DNA from: Mycobacterium sp.
GTDB taxonomy: Bacteria > Actinomycetota > Actinomycetes > Mycobacteriales > Mycobacteriaceae
NCBI RefSeq assembly: GCF_039583785.1
Contig: NZ_JAVKSG010000006.1
Span: 5,163-69,162, forward strand
DNA length: 64,000 nucleotides
Reading direction: 5' to 3'
Below the pieces are notes generated by a model. It was not told the origin of the DNA. It worked only from the letters and a program-made list of their open reading frames with translations, and did no database searches. Below, one piece after another: positions 62,105 through 64,000 of this stretch. The position numbers and the translations under genes were made by a program. Positions within the stretch are counted from its first letter, which is position 1. Every line of letters starts with the position of its first letter.

Positions 62105-63802
62105 TTAGAACAGGCTCAGCAGGTCCGTCGGCAATGTGGTGCCGAGGTCCGTCGACAATGACGTGCCAAGCTCGGCCGACAATGTCGTGGTGATGTCCGT
62201 CGACAGTTGTGACAGCATGGCACCGAAGTCCGTCGGGAGGGTCGATGCTCCGCCGAGGCCGAGCAATGCGCTGAGGTTGGCGCCATCGTTCGCCATCGAG
62301 CTGGTGTCCGAGCTGGCGGCCGCCGAGCTGGCCGCCGCTGCGCCGGAGTCCGCCACTACATAGCCGGGATCGACCAGGGCCAACAGATTACTGGGGTCAG
62401 ACAGCGCGGTGGCACTGGTGTCGTTGTTGGTCAGCAGGGTCAGGAGGTCTTGCCCCTCAAGTTCGGGATTCAAGCCGCCGTATACCGGGTCAAAGGGCGG
62501 ATTCGCGGCCTGGTTTGCTTCTACGGCGTCCGCGTAGGTCAGGTATCCGGGGTCGGTCAGTATCCCGGAGTTGGTAAACAGCGCCGGCAGTTCGGGATTG
62601 ATGGCGGCCAAGTCCGCGTCCTCGGTCGCTAGCTCTGTCGGGGGCAGGTTGAAGATACCCGTCTGCAAAACTGCTATGGACGCGTCGACTTCGGGGGTAG
62701 TTGCAGCACTGTCGCTCATGTTGGTGCCGGGGACCAGCCCGTTCAGGTAGGTCTGAAGCGTCGTGTTGCTCGGATCCAGGTTTTCGATATCTTGCACCAT
62801 CGCCGCACTGCTCAAACTTTCCGGTACGTCGCACGCCGCCGGGCAGACCGGACTCCCCTCGACAGCCGGATCGAAGGTGACCACCAGGGACGCGGCGAAG
62901 TTCTGAAGGGACTGGGTGAAATCCGTCAGGGTAGGAATCTCGATGCCGGTACCGTCGATGCCGGAGGTCGAGGGCGTGGCCAACAAGCTGTTGTAAAAGT
63001 CCTCGAAGGGGCCGAACAGATTCAGCTTGAAGGTGTCGCCGGCCCACGGCACCAGGCCAGCGGTGGCGCCGTCGGCCCCGGTCGTGCCGTCGAAGCCGTA
63101 AAGGCTGTTTACCGCTCCGTCCGGGCCGGTGTCGGGGCTGGGGTCGACGAGGCCCGCGTCGTCGGCGGAGGTGAACGTGAAGTCGCCGCTGGTCAAATCC
63201 GAAAGCGGTACCGTAAACCAGTGGTCGAAGATTCCGAGGGGCTCCTGCCCGGTAATCGTCTCGAGGAACTCGATGTCGCGGTCGAATTCTGTGCTGCCGG
63301 TGACCACATCTGTGGGGACGATCGGCGCGCAGGTCTCGGCGTCGCAGGACGCACTTATCGGGAGTTCGGCCGCCGCCAGTAGCGCAAGCTGTTGGCCCAG
63401 GCCCGCCGTACCGGCCGCATCGGCGGTCGGATCGATTTCAGGTTGATCGAGCCCGGATATCGATGAGAACGGGATCGCCGTGTCGATGATCCCCATGTAG
63501 TGGCCGATGTCGCCGGGGTCTGTTCCAAAAAGGTTCGTGGCGTTGGGGACGAAAATGTTCCCGCTGAAGAGCAGCGAATCGGAGAGCACGTTCAATCCCT
63601 GGACCTCGTTGTACGGGATGTTCGCGAGGTCGTCGAACAGGTTGACCGGGACGTTGAGCACCGAGCCGGCGTCCACCAGGCGGGTCTCAACACTGCGGAC
63701 GGGAGGGTGGGCGGTCCGCGACGTGAACGGTGCGGCGGCAAGGGCACCGGTCGCCGCCATCGCCGCACCCAGAAGGACATACGAACGTGACACAGCCTGC
63801 AT
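62105..63802 (-). CDS. Secreted hyper-acidic protein of unknown family, paralogue B
   Basis: MQAVSRSYVLLGAAMAATGALAA...PPVRSVETRLVD leader; shares PNATNL.GTDPGDIGHYMG, SCDA.TC, FDRDI, FKLNL.GPF, CPA.C and DLAAINPELPALFTN with paralogue A. Confidence 0.87.
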   Translation of the reverse strand: MQAVSRSYVLLGAAMAATGALAAAPFTSRTAHPPVRSVETRLVDAGSVLNVPVNLFDDLANIPYNEVQGLNVLSDSLLFSGNIFVPNATNLFGTDPGDIGHYMGIIDTAIPFSSISGLDQPEIDPTADAAGTAGLGQQLALLAAAELPISASCDAETCAPIVPTDVVTGSTEFDRDIEFLETITGQEPLGIFDHWFTVPLSDLTSGDFTFTSADDAGLVDPSPDTGPDGAVNSLYGFDGTTGADGATAGLVPWAGDTFKLNLFGPFEDFYNSLLATPSTSGIDGTGIEIPTLTDFTQSLQNFAASLVVTFDPAVEGSPVCPAACDVPESLSSAAMVQDIENLDPSNTTLQTYLNGLVPGTNMSDSAATTPEVDASIAVLQTGIFNLPPTELATEDADLAAINPELPALFTNSGILTDPGYLTYADAVEANQAANPPFDPVYGGLNPELEGQDLLTLLTNNDTSATALSDPSNLLALVDPGYVVADSGAAAASSAAASSDTSSMANDGANLSALLGLGGASTLPTDFGAMLSQLSTDITTTLSAELGTSLSTDLGTTLPTDLLSLF

Positions 63803-63943
63803 TGCCGCTTCCCCCCAAAATCTCGCAAGTGCCGCCCAGAACCCAACTGGAGGCTTCTATCGACCTATCATTCGGAGCCGTGCAGTTGTTGGATCGTATG
63901 CCGAGCCGACTTTTCGGATGGCCACGGATCCCTTGCCCGACGA

Positions 63944-64000
63944 TCAGCCCGTGAGCCAGGCGCGGTTGCCGTAGCGGTCCAAATGCACCACCTGCTCGAC
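63944..64000 (-). CDS. 3' end of an unidentified gene entering the window
   Basis: In-frame ...VEQVVHLDRYGNRAWLTG* with GC3-biased codons; too short to identify. Confidence 0.45.
   Translation of the reverse strand, partial: VEQVVHLDRYGNRAWLTG

Noticed and set aside
29994-63802. Genome-wide acidophile secretome as the explanation for the Lys/Arg-poor proteins
   Set aside because: OppA, LprB/C/E and the sensor lipoprotein in the same window have ordinary basic-residue content, so the bias is specific to one protein class.

Overview
High-GC (roughly two-thirds G+C by eye) DNA from a non-tuberculous Mycobacterium. Bases 1-47214 are an inverted, gene-for-gene equivalent of the M. tuberculosis Rv1286-Rv1248c backbone: cysN/cysD, oppBCDA, an Mre11/Rad50-like pair, sixA, lprCB, a heterodimeric ABC exporter, adenylate cyclase, amidase, HIT, udgB, FAD oxidase, cyp130/TetR, acyltransferase, deaD, lprE, a nuclease-helicase, an MFS pump and kgd. 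The backbone is interrupted by an intact hipBA module, two C-terminal vapC relics, a truncated padR, an LLM/DUF2786 insert and a hyper-acidic secreted protein with a long structured upstream region; canA, Rv1279, pknH-embR-lprA, Rv1260 and tap are missing from their usual positions. After kgd the synteny ends and an accessory region follows. First is a ~10 kb tailoring-enzyme cluster: three Rv2952/Fmt-type lipid O-methyltransferase paralogues, each preceded by the same leaderless-type promoter motif, plus two P450s, an AurF-type di-iron oxygenase, a Baeyer-Villiger monooxygenase, an alpha/beta hydrolase and an SDR, with no scaffold synthase or redox partner. Second is a set of secreted proteins almost devoid of Lys/Arg (a PE-PPE-domain protein and two tandem ~550 aa paralogues of unknown family) sharing an amphipathic C-terminal tail. 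No rRNA, tRNA, CRISPR array, integrase or transposase was seen. Orthology calls rest on recalled motifs and gene order; no database search was run.
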